From Zootoca vivipara (lineage: Eukaryota): DNA of 64,000 nucleotides. Made by a program: the position numbers and the translations under genes. The stretch lies in NCBI RefSeq assembly GCF_963506605.1, contig NC_083280.1, positions 42,656,001 through 42,720,000 of the forward strand, read 5' to 3'. Below are positions 25,802 to 36,735 of this stretch, piece after piece. The notes beneath the pieces were generated by a model. The model had not been told where the DNA came from. It saw only the letters and a list, made by a program, of their open reading frames with translations, and did no database searches. Every line of letters starts with the position of its first letter. Positions within the stretch are counted from its first letter, which is position 1.

Positions 25802-27778
25802 CCCTGCTACTCAGAGCCTGTGGAGACAGGAAGAAGCAGTGTTAAGTAGATATTGGACACCAGGTTTAGATGGAAGGCAAAGGCTTGGTGCCAAATATTC
25901 AGCAGCTGAGTCTACTGCTCCAGCATCATGATGCTAAGGGATGTAGGAAGGTGGAAGAGTCACGGCTGATCACAGAATAGTGCTGAGGGTGAGGAGTCAC
26001 TCTCCCTTCAGATGACTCCAGTGTGGCATTGGTGGAAAGGTTTTGCTCACCCACTGCTGTCCGTGTGAGTAATGACAGCTAGTAGAATGCACCCAGAGTT
26101 GAAAGTGTCTCCTCTGTGGCTCTGCCATTTCTCCTGCCTATCTATCTTCCAAGATGGAATACCCAGGCTCCTTTGTGTGAATGCATATACACCGAGTTCA
26201 AAGGGCAAGAGATTTCCCAGAGCACACAGATCACCCCAAATGCCAAAGAGGCACATCTATGAACTTTGCATTTGGATTTCCTTTCCCAATTGTCACTGCG
26301 ACATGATGGAGAAAACGGCTATCAGTGGCTACTAGCCATGATGGCTATGCTCTGCCTCCAGGGTCGGGAGCTTCTGCATCCCAGTTGCTGGAAACTGCAG
26401 AAGGGGAAAGGGCTTCTGTGCTCAGGTCCTGCTTGCAGGTTCCTCCCATACATCTGGTCGGCCTCTGTAAGAACAGGATGGTGGACTAGACAGGTCATTC
26501 CCTGATCCAGCAGGCTCTTCTTCAGCTCTCATAGCAAAGGGAGAGAAAGAATGACTGAGGAAACCAGGCATCTCATGAGTGGCAGGGATACAGTGCCTTT
26601 TCCCCAAAGTTGTTCGCTGTGGTGTGGCCCAGAATTTTAAGGGTAGGGGGCATACTTTGAGTTAGGGATGGACCCTTCCAAAATGGAAGACAAGCCCATA
26701 TAGAGCTGAGCACCTATGAGATTTAGAGAACTGACATGCAGGGAGGGAAAGGATTGAATCCTTGCTCCCATGCATCCTTTCATCTCTGCAAAATATTTCT
26801 GGGTTGGGAAAGAATTGACTGGCAAGAGGGGGGTGGGGAGCCACAGTGATACCTTCCCAAACCCAGTCCTGGTCTTGAGAGAGTTCAGCATATCCCCTTG
26901 ACATCTCTGCCTCAGTTTGGGGGGGAATCCTATTTAGACCTGTCTACTAAAGCTAGCAGGGCTAAGGAGGCCAAAATGATAAAAGAAGAGGAACGAAATG
27001 ATGGCACTTACCTGCTTGCAGAACTCCAGCATCAAGCTGCAGCTAATCTAAGAGCAAGAGGGAACCTGAGCTAGGCCAGCTCTGGAGAAAGCTGATCTTG
27101 GCCAATTAATATTAACCAAGAATGTGACCCTACGAACCCCTCAGGGGTGGTGACAGTACCAGCAAGGTGGAACTTAGTAAGGGGGTCATAGTGCAGAAAT
27201 GAAACAAAGAGACCTAAAAAGGAATTTGGCACCACTGTCGAGAGATCAAATAATTTTTTTTTAGTGCATAGAAACTTAGGGAAGTAGGCCTATGGCTGAC
27301 TCTGCAGCAACCATTATGCCCAATCTCCACTTACATATTACTGTACCAGCAACCTCTCACTCCACTCAAATTCTACTTGCCTCGAAAAGGTGTTCTAGTG
27401 CTCTGAAGAGAGTACATTCCTTGTTGTTAGTCTGAACACAAACCTAGTGACCCTATTTTGGTTCATCTAAGGGTAAGTTATAGCTGCACATTAAACAGAG
27501 ATAATAATACTTCACAGCCTCTCACACATGAATGTATTTTCACAGGGATGGGAGAGGAGAGGGACAGCAATCAGCATAGTTCTGGGTCTTCTTAATTCTG
27601 CTGCTGTAGAAACTTTGGTAAAATTGGGCAACATGTTGCAGAATTCCTGCAGCACTCTGCCCAGTAGCCAAATAAATAGCAAGAACACCTCCAGGTCTCT
27701 CCCCCACCCCCAAGGCAAACAGATTATTTTACTTGGTTCACAACAGAATGCGTTGTTGTAAACCACTTTGAGATTTAT

Positions 27779-27780
<2 letters not shown>

Positions 27781-27825
<45 letters not shown>
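27781..27825 (+). repeat. (AAT)15 microsatellite
   Basis: Perfect AAT run. Confidence 0.95.
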
Positions 27826-27826
<1 letters not shown>

Positions 27827-27972
27827 TCACATAATTAGTTTTCATGAGGCAATATATTTAGAGACAAAATTAAAGCTTTCAGGCAAAGTATACCAGCTCA
27901 TATGCAGCTGGATGATAAAAGTGTTGACACACAGCAGCCTGTCTGTGTTGACATTACAGCAGAAAATAACAC

Positions 27973-28000
27973 AGAGAGAGAGAGAAAGAGGGAGGGGAGG

Positions 28001-28066
<66 letters not shown>
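27973..28066 (+). repeat. Polypurine tract including (GA)31
   Basis: Pure GA 28005-28066 preceded by GA/GGA units. Confidence 0.95.
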
Positions 28067-28069
<3 letters not shown>

Positions 28070-28779
28070 TGTCCCTGCCAGTAGTCACATGCACCCAGAG
28101 CTCGGCCCATTCTCGGCCAGTTGAGCAGAGCTGGCATCCTTCCTGAGCACGGATTAAGGGTGATTTCTGAAGGCAGCATTGCCCCTCTAGCAGATGGCAG
28201 CAACAGCAGAAGTCACACAAGGGAAGATTAACCACCGAGATGGTTATCAGACAGCGGGACCTGCGTGAGTGTCAATAGGCTCCCAGTGGGGTGGGGGAAG
28301 GGATTTTGTCTCCACTACATTTTCTAAGAAAAAGGAGATCAGCTGAGGTTAAAACTCCACCTCCAAGTGAGCCCCAGCTCGCCTGCTCTAGGCATAACAA
28401 CCCCAGATGCGGTCGCGGGAACAAACCCCAGAGAGGAGTGGGGACAGGGGAAAAAAAGCACCATTCGTATCCATCCCACGAAAGCTCTGTAGAGGCGTAG
28501 GGACCTGAAGGCGCGTGTCTACCGAGTTCAGCGGCTCTCTAGCCATGCCTCTTGGGGAAGGTCTGTTCCAACGTGCATTCCAAGGATGCAGTCATTCGGG
28601 ACGCTGCTAAGCAGTATCTGCGAAAGCGAAGAGCACCTGCCCCAGCTTTGTTTCACAGACCGGGCACGGGAGCCTTAGCAAACAGGCGAAGCCCTTAAGC
28701 AGCAAAGGAGAAGAGGAGCTACCCGGCGGCGACAGAGCAGGCTCTCCCGAAGCGTGCAGGGGAAACGAGGTCTTCCCCA

Positions 28780-29270
28780 GCATGCACCGCAGGACCACCG
28801 CGCGTCAGAGGGCTCCCCCTCGCCTTACCTGGTGCTGCCATGATCAGGGTGTAGTCAAACCGAGACTACAACCCGCTCCCCGCGTTACCGCATCCACCGA
28901 GGCATCCTGCTCCCTGTCTTTGACCACCCTCACGCTTGCGCATGCGCGACTCCACGCCGCAAGCGCTAAGCGGAACTACGATTCCCGTCACCCACTGCGC
29001 GTCGCTTCGCACGGTCTTCTCGCGCCCTCTGCCTATGTGGTTATCCCTCTGCCCACGCCCCGTTTTCTAAAGGCTCTTCCGCCCAGGGAGGAAAGCATGC
29101 GCGCGGGGAGGAAGTCATGTGACAGCAGAGCTGGCCAATGAGACAACGGTTCAGCTCCCCGTTTTCGGTGGAGGAGACTTACTTCGGAAGGCGCGTTTCC
29201 CGCGAGGGAGGCCGCCGCTCAGACTCGCCCGGGGCGAGATGGCTCCCGCGCGGTACTGCGTCCCTGGTGG
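28780..29270. promoter_or_regulatory. Bidirectional CpG-island promoter of ZDHHC16 and EXOSC1
   Basis: CpG-rich region between ZDHHC16 exon 1 (donor 28829) and the EXOSC1 ATG (29239); NRF1-like TGCGCATGCGC 28937-28947; ZNF143/SBS-like ACTACGATTCCC 28975-28986. Confidence 0.8.
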
Positions 29271-31195
29271 GTGACTGGGAGAGCTGGGGTGGGAGCATAG
29301 CTGCCAAGTTTTCCCTTTTCTCATGAGGAAGCCTATTCAGCATAAGGGAAAATCCCTTAAAAAAAGGGATAACTTGGCAGCTATGGGTGGGAGGCGTCAT
29401 GGCTGGGTGCAGAAACGAAGTCGCGCGATCATTCTTTGGCGATCACTCGTAGCCGAGTATGATTGTCTTCCATGAATACGGTCTTAACAGTGAGTCCGTA
29501 AGTGACTGTGGAGGCCACATGTCCTTCCACAGTGGGGACATAGGTTTCCAGGTGGGAGTTGATCAAGGTGAGGGTTTGCCAAGCCTGCCTTCCTCTTAGC
29601 ACGTTTCTCCCTTTCGTCCTGAGTTCGAGCCATGACATCTTTGGTAAAGGCTGTTCTCCAACTGAAGCGCTCGCAGGCCAGTGTTTCCCAGTTGTCGGGT
29701 GTTTATACTACATTTTTTTAAGATTTGCCTTGAGAGAGTCTTTAAACCTCTTTTGTTGACCAGGCAGCATTACGCTTTCCATTTTTAAGTTCGGAATAGA
29801 GCAGCTGCTTTGGAAGAAGATAATCAGGCATCCGAACAACATGACCAGTCCAACAAAGTTGATGTTGAAGAATCATTGCTTCAACACTGGTGATCTTTGC
29901 TTCTTCCAGTACACTGGCATTAGTTCACCTGTCTTCCCAAATGATGTGTAAATTTTTTCGGAGAAAAATGATGGAATCTTTTGAGGAGTTGGAGATGGCG
30001 TTTATAAGTGGTCCATGTTTATAACTCCAGGTAGCTCAACGGGAGAGGTATCTGGACAGTCCGTGTTCAGGATGGCAGCAGTGGCAAACTGCAACGCAGT
30101 TGCGCAGCTGAGTAATGTTAGGATTTGTGCCTCCTCTCCCTCCTGCCCCCATTTTAAACCATAGGAAAGTTTTTAATGTTTGATACGCACCTGTTAACAG
30201 CATGATGAGAGTCAATAAATGGGGCTGGGGGTACATGAGTTCCTGCTTTTCACTATGACAGCTTCTCCTGCTGTGTGTATTAACTGTTTGAGAGGACAGT
30301 CAACTCTAGGCAATGAGATGTTTGACTTGCATTCTGTCCTGCAGGAGAGAGACTCTGCAGCTTAGAGGAAGGAACCCCCGGAAGCGGCACCTACACCCGT
30401 CATGGTTCGATCTATGCCTCCTTGGCTGGTTGTCTCATGAAGAAAAGTGAGAATGGCATGGTGAGATTGAAGCAACCTCTGGGCAACAGTATGACGGTGT
30501 GGTGTAGTGGGAATTGCAAGGGCAGAATGCTTTGATGTGAGCAGTGCTAGTTCATAGTGTAGGACCAAGAGAGGAACCAAGTCACAGATTTGGGGAGGTG
30601 GGGAGTGCATAACTGTGACCTTGGATGAGTCAACATAGCTCAGTTGGTTAGAGCATGGTGCTGATCATGGCAAGGTTACAGGTTCGATCTCCGTATGGGA
30701 CAGCTGCATATTCCTGCATTGCAGGGGGTTGGACTAGATCAGGCATCCCCAAACTGCGGCCCTCCAGATTTTTTGGCCTACAACTCCCATGATCCCTAGC
30801 TAACAGGACCAGTGGTCAGGGATGATGGGAATTGTAGTCCAAAACATCTGGAGGGCCAAAGTTTGGGGATGCCTGGACTAGATGATTCTCAGGGTCCTTT
30901 CCAACTCTACAGTATGATTCTGTGAATAGCTGTGGAGCTGTTCTGGGTCTCACAGATTCTTGACTGGAGATGGGTCTGTGCAAGAAGGCAGGTAAGCTTT
31001 ATGTCATGTGAACTGGATGGTGCATGACACCCTATAAAGCCTGAAATATATCCTGCGGCACCTGTAGTGATTAGATGCTTACATTTATATTATCCTGTGA
31101 ATCGCCCTGAGACCTGTGGGTATAGGGCGGTATACAAATTTAATAAATATGAGGAAGAAGAAGAAGAAGAAGAAGAAGAAGAAGAAGAAGAAGAA

Positions 31196-31227
<32 letters not shown>

Positions 31228-34200
31228 AGTGGTGTACGATCAGCCGGTAATCCAGAAGAAGTTTTGAGACATGGTTATCTTATAGCAGGCATAGGCAAAC
31301 TCAGCCCTCCAGATGTTTTGGGACTACAACTCCCATCATCCCTAGCTAACAGGACCAGTGGTCAGGGATGATGGGGGTTGTAGTCCTGTCTTATAGTGTC
31401 ATCTTAACATTTGTAAGACAGTAGTTGTCAACCATGAGTCCCCCAGATTTGTTGAACTACACCTATTATCCCTGGCCATTGGATAAAATGGATGGGGTTG
31501 ATTGGAGTTTTAGTCCATCCACACCTGAGGACTCGTGGTTGATGAGCACCACTCTAAAGCAATGCATCAAATAAATCATGACTAGTCTTTTTTGCTTCTC
31601 TTTAGCTCCCAGTGGTTTCTGTGATGCGGGACGTGGAATCTCAGCTTCTTCCTGATGTGGGAGCTACAGTGACGTGCAAGGTAACCTCATTTCTATCTTG
31701 GCACAGTAGAATTGTCTTTCATTCATCTACTCCTGGCCTCCCTTATCTCACTGGGTTGTTAGGAGGATAATATGGAGAGGAGAACCATGTTTGCAACCTT
31801 GACTAGCTTTGCGGGGAAAGGATATAGATGTCTTATATATAATAAAATGGTATGGATGTTTTCACACAGCAGTTTGCTTGGCTGGTGGCACTGCAAACTA
31901 CAGTGTGACAACAGACTTCTGAGAGCCACTTGCCCATCACAGCAGTGTTGGGGGATGAGACAAAGGTGGTAGGAGGAGAGAGATGGAGGCAGGTGTCTGG
32001 CATGGAAGAATGGCCAGGAAGGGTTAGGCAGCAGCCCAGCAACCATCCTGCTCTGCTGCTGCCTGTCTCTCCAGTGACACCATTTCGGCCTTAGCAACAT
32101 CAGAGGATAAGAGAATTGGAGGAGAGAGACGGGATGGAAGCCTAGGTGAGCTGAGGGCAAACTAATGGGACCAGGTAGTGGTGGTTTGATGTGCTCTAAT
32201 GGGAGGGGTTGACTTGGTGAGGCATAAGAGGAGGGGGGTTGACAAGTGGGTGGGTGTAGCTGGCAAGTGCAGTGAGCAGGAGCTCAGCCCCTAGTAATAA
32301 ATATCAGGGCTCTTGGTCTGTTCAGGCCCTGAATACCAGAAGCCCAAGTTCCTTCATTTGCAAGTCCAATATAAATCTTGCGAGCATTGCCCTTGCCAGA
32401 ACAAAGTGTTGTTGATGGAAAGGAAGAAGCACGTACTTCATCTCAAAAACTAGCTTTGATTTTTCTCCTCCACAGAGCAGAAAGCATCACCGACTGCAAT
32501 CCTAAAATTACTTTTGTTACTTGGAAAAAGGGGAGGGGGAATTGCTGAGGCATTGAAGTTACTGTTCCCTGTGATTGCTCCGTTCAATTTGTTTAATCTG
32601 AAATTCAGTTATGGTTTTCTCTCCCCTTTTTCCCACCCCCAATATTCCCACCCAGGTTTGCAGCATTAACTCTCGTTTTGCCAAGGTGCACATCTTGTAT
32701 GTTGGCTCTACGCCATTAAAATCCCCATTCCGTGGAACTATCCGGTAGGAAGACAACTTTGTTGTGGGGGCTTCTTCTGAGGTGTTGGGTGTCTGCGCTT
32801 TTAAAGAGGAGAAAAGGCCAGCCCTTATAAATATTTTGTTTTACTCTCAGCATTAGCACTTGAGCGCTAGTGGGAATTGTTTTATTTATGTTCCTTTCAT
32901 TTATATAATTTTGTGGTGGAACCCAAGGCAGTGTTTGAATCCCAGGCAGTCATCTGTCTAGGCATAAGCAAGACCCAGATCTACTTTGTTCAGTAAAGTG
33001 CTTGCCCTCATGTTCAGACTTTTTGGTTTTTCATCTAAACTAGCTAACTCTTCCTCCAAAAGCTGCTTCTGCTTCTTTGGCAATCGCTTATAGCTGAGTC
33101 AGTATAGTCAGTTTTCTTTTAGGGGAGGGAGAGGAGGACTAGGGTGAACTCTTACCTTCTCTTCTCCTGCTGCAGGAGAGAAGATGTCAGAGCTACAGAG
33201 AAAGACAAGGTCAGTGGAATAAACATTTTGGTTACATGTGATGGGAATAGGTAGTATACCTAATGCGCATAGCCAGGAGCATTTCTTCCTGGCACGAATA
33301 CATACATGTGTGTGGCGGACTAGGACATGGGAGACCTTGGGCTAGTCACCATCTCTCTGCCTAACCTACCTCACAGGGTTGCTGTGAAGACAGTATGGAG
33401 AGGGGGACAAGTGGGTTTGCCACCTTGAGCTCATTGGAGAAAACCGTGCGATAAAAATAATAATAAAATCATTACTGCTCTTGGGGGAACTTACCTGAGG
33501 AAGAGCAAAACCTTGTGGGGGCAAGAGGATATTTAGCAATGCCTCTTTTTGTACGTTTGTTGAAGAAAAGGCTTGTGGTTTCTAGATAAATGATATCTTA
33601 GCACAAGATCTGATGGATGTCCTCTTCGTGTTCAAATCGGCCATGTTTCACTGCACACTTTCCCTTGAAGTTGTCTCAGTATTTTGCTTTTCACACTTTC
33701 TTTCCTTCCCACCTCATGCATGGTGACAGGTAGAAGTTTACAAGAGTTTCCGCCCAGGAGATATTGTTTTGGCCAAAGTTGTATCCTTGTTTCTTCCTTT
33801 ATGTGCTATGTATGTATGTATGTGCTAGCTGGAAGAGAAATCTTTAGGTATTGCACCTTAACTCAACCTGTGGGGCTAGATCTCTCTGGGTGATGCACAG
33901 TCCAACTATTTGCTGACAACAGCGGAAAATGAGCTGGGGGTAGTGGTGGCTCATAGTGAAGCAGGTAAGACCAGTCTTGTTCCAAGCAGGTTGTACATAA
34001 TGCTGAAATCTACTGAACATGCCAACATATTCTGGACCTCTTAAATGTATGATTAAGGAAGCAGCATTAGTAACATCACTACTTATATCTGGGGGTCTCA
34101 GGGTGGTCACAAGGCACCTTTAATGAGTGGAGGAACCCTTCTTTCCCTGGGAAGTGTGTCTGTGTAACTATAGATTTCTGTTCTGATTTCAGGGGTACAG

Positions 34201-34299
34201 ATGGTGCCAATCAGCTGGTGTGAAATGCAGTGCCCCAGTACACATAGCAAGGAACTGCGCAAGGTAGCCAGAGTACAGCCCCAGTTTCTGCAGACGTAG
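29239..34299 (+). CDS. EXOSC1: Exosome component 1 (CSL4 homolog), 194 aa
   Basis: 8 exons: 29239-29266, 30345-30460, 31606-31680, 32656-32744, 33176-33209, 33730-33780, 33880-33964, 34193-34299; total 585 nt. MAPARYCVPGERLC...[39 protein letters not shown]...KELRKVARVQPQFLQT*. Confidence 0.96.
29296..29385. mobile_element. 90-bp hAT MITE
   Basis: TIR CATAGCTGCCAAGTT / AACTTGGCAGCTATG; 8-bp TSD GGTGGGAG (29288-29295, 29386-29393). Confidence 0.92.
29430..30020 (-). mobile_element. RTE-clade LINE 3' fragment (degenerate ORF C-terminus)
   Basis: Minus strand, across frameshifts, resembles TWTTYKRHLQLL..WED..NASVLEEAKITSVEAMIL..WTGHVVRMPD..PKQL.YSELKNGKR...QQKRFKDSLKANLKKC, the RTE post-RT region. 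Confidence 0.85.
30634..30922 (+). mobile_element. tRNA-Ile-like SINE interrupted by a hAT MITE
   Basis: TAGCTCAGTTGGTTAGAGCATGGTGCTGATCATGGCAAGGTTACAGGTTCGATC head; tail resumes after 30875. Confidence 0.8.
30740..30875. mobile_element. 136-bp hAT MITE
   Basis: TIR CAGGCATCCCCAAACT / AGTTTGGGGATGCCTG; 8-bp TSD GACTAGAT (30732-30739, 30876-30883). Confidence 0.92.
31151..31228 (+). repeat. (GAA)n microsatellite
   Basis: GAG(GAA)21GAG(GAA)3 in EXOSC1 intron 2. Confidence 0.95.
31286..31388. mobile_element. hAT MITE with deleted right arm
   Basis: CAGGCATAGGCAAAC start, ends CCTG; 8-bp TSD TCTTATAG (31278-31285, 31389-31396). Confidence 0.85.
33781..33879 (+). other. U12-type intron of EXOSC1 (99 nt)
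   Basis: 5' ss GTATCCTT at 33781; branch ACCTTAAC at 33855-33862; TAG acceptor at 33877-33879 without a polypyrimidine tract. Confidence 0.92.
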
Positions 34300-34570
34300 T
34301 GACTGATGTATGCCCAAAGATGCACAGCAAGTACATGAGAGGCTTTGCTACAGCTTGCAAGCTTAGTGGGGCATGGAAGCAGCCTCCTTTGCTGTTGCAG
34401 ATTATGAGTGTGCAAAACAGAGCTGGGCCACTTTCGCTTCTGGAATGGTCTGGGAAAGAAAAGTTGATGACAACTCCTGATTCCTCTTAACTGTTGTACT
34501 GTTTTATAAACCAACCAACTCTTCCCTGTCTTTCCTGCCTGATTTTAATCTTAACACCTGGTAAAGGACA

Positions 34571-34576
34571 AATAAA
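34571..34576 (+). terminator. EXOSC1 polyadenylation signal
   Basis: AATAAA ~270 nt after the stop codon, followed by a T-rich downstream element. Confidence 0.6.
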
Positions 34577-35175
34577 ACTGTCTTCCATTCTTCCTTTCTG
34601 AGCCATAAGCAGTTCTGTTTTTTTTATCCTTAATGAATACCACCTATAGGCTATATAAAAGTTTTTCTCTAGAGAAGGTTAACTTCCTCCTTTGAACTTG
34701 GGTCCATTTAGTCCTAGATAAGTTTGATCTAGTGAACCCCCTGCCCTTGTTGGAGGATGTTATTGAGAAGCAAGGGTGGTGATTAGGTGTGCAGGATCCC
34801 AGGCAGTGCTCAAGCTCTGAAGTAGATAGCTCCAAGGCACTCGAGGGGGAGAACCAAAGGAATGAATGCCTAGTCACAAAGGAAATTTGATATTGTTCCT
34901 ATCTAAACATAAATGGTTAAGTGTAAGTAAACCAGGATTAGCCTTTGTGTTCCCTCCTCTTTCTCTTGTGTTCACATTTTCTGTATACAGTACTGGCTTA
35001 TGTTTAGTATCCACAGTATTGCAATGTTTTGACATTCCCATGTAAACTAGTTACCAAATCTGAAAACATAATGGTTTGAATCCCTCTCTTTGCCAGCAGG
35101 GCCACGTGGAAGAGAAATCCCGTACTTGGGAACTATATTTCTCTGTTGATCTGTAGCAGTTGTGTGTGTGTAAGC

Positions 35176-36437
35176 CAGTGTTTCTCAACCTTTTTTGGGC
35201 CAAGGCACACTTGTTCCATGAAAAAAATCACGAGGCACACCACCATTTAAAAAGTTAAAAAAATTAACTCTGCCGCCCTATGTTGACTATATAATTATGA
35301 CTGTATGCAATCTCATTAAGAGCTGAATACCCATTTCTGGTTTTCTTTTAAAGAAAGGTATTACCTGCTTGACATTTTACATCATACTGTATTAGAAATC
35401 TATTGGTGTGCATTACTTACACAATTTTCAGTATCCAGCCTGGTCAGTAACCTTTGTTCTTTATTAACTTTCCATTAAAAATATTTTTTCTTAAACAATG
35501 GTATTTAAAAGATTTCCCTGCACAGCAGTTTGCCACGACTGAAAGATGTGCTACATACAAGGCCTCAACTTCGAACTTTTTTTTTCAGCAGCCAGGTATC
35601 AAAACTCCTTAATGGCCCAAACCATCTCTGTCTCATCAAAAACCTCACTCCTGCTCACTAAATGCTGACAGGATCGGCCACATTATTACACACAGCTTCA
35701 ACGCGAACAAAGGGCAGCCTTGCCACTTCCTCCAGGGAGCTGCTTCTCCACCCCACCCCCACCCCCAAATGCAATGTTACTATTTACACACAAACACACA
35801 CGTTATCAGTTTACTGCGGGGGAACTGCAGTGCATGCTCCCGAGCGAGCAAAACAAAAACAAGCCCATCCACGCAAGAAAGACCTCGTCCTGGAAGACAG
35901 CGCAACCGCTCGCTCGCAAGTTTGTTCTGCAAACCTCGTCGGGGGCCGGAAGGAGGCTCTTCGCAGCCGCTGGGTCATACGGCTGCGGCGAAACCCCCAC
36001 CCCCACCAGCAAATGCAAAGGGAACCCCCCTTCTCCATCCCAGGCCTTGCATTCTAATAAACAGGCCGCCGAGGCCGCCTCCCGCTTAGGAGGAGAGAAA
36101 GACGCGAGGCGGCGGGAAGGGGCAGAGAGCTCTGCTTTGTCGCTTCCTTACCCGGAGCCTCAGGCATCGGGGGGACGCGGCGCTCGCACCCAGGTGGCAT
36201 AAAGGGCAGCAGCGCGGGAGGCGGGAAAGAGGGAGAAGAGCGGAGGCGGCCGCGACTAGGCCGAGCGGCGGCTGGGCGGGAGGCGCAGGCAGGACCCGAG
36301 TCGGCCGGCGGCGGGAACGGAAGCAGCGTCGTGACCCGTCCGGCTTCAAATTGCCCTTCTCCCCGCCGCACGTCGCGGCACACCAGCCAGTGTCTCGCGG
36401 CACACTATTGTGCCGCGGAACAGCGGTTGAGAAACTG
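35176..36437. mobile_element. 1262-bp non-autonomous hAT transposon
   Basis: Left TIR CAGTGTTTCTCAACC, right GGTTGAGAAACTG; perfect 8-bp TSD GTGTAAGC (35168-35175, 36438-36445); GGCACAC subterminal motifs. Confidence 0.9.
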
Positions 36438-36729
36438 GTGTAAGCCAACAGGGACCCCGACCACCTGCAATGCTCACCTTGGGAGTGGTTTGGGGATCAG
36501 CTAGTAACACTTGTCCTTATATAGACTTTACCTACTTGGGCTCCACAGCCAGTAGTTTTAAGATGGAACAAAAGATGCCTGGGTCCTTTTCAGACCCGCT
36601 TGGATTGGATAGATACTGTGACTAAATGGGAAAGGAGAGATGGAAGAATCAGCATGGGGGGGAACAAGTAACACTATTCCTTGGAATCAATAAGATTGTA
36701 CAGACACAGCAGCTATTGCACATAATTCC

Positions 36730-36735
36730 TTTATT
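36730..36735 (-). terminator. PGAM1 polyadenylation signal
   Basis: TTTATT on + (AATAAA on -) ~800 nt after the stop codon. Confidence 0.55.

Noticed and set aside
27842-28235. SL- and ER-repeat ORFs
   Set aside because: Translations of the (GA)n microsatellite
31067-31267. PolyE ORF
   Set aside because: Translation of the (GAA)n microsatellite
35662-36448. ORFs within the hAT element as a transposase or captured gene
   Set aside because: Short, low-complexity GC-rich translations without hAT transposase motifs
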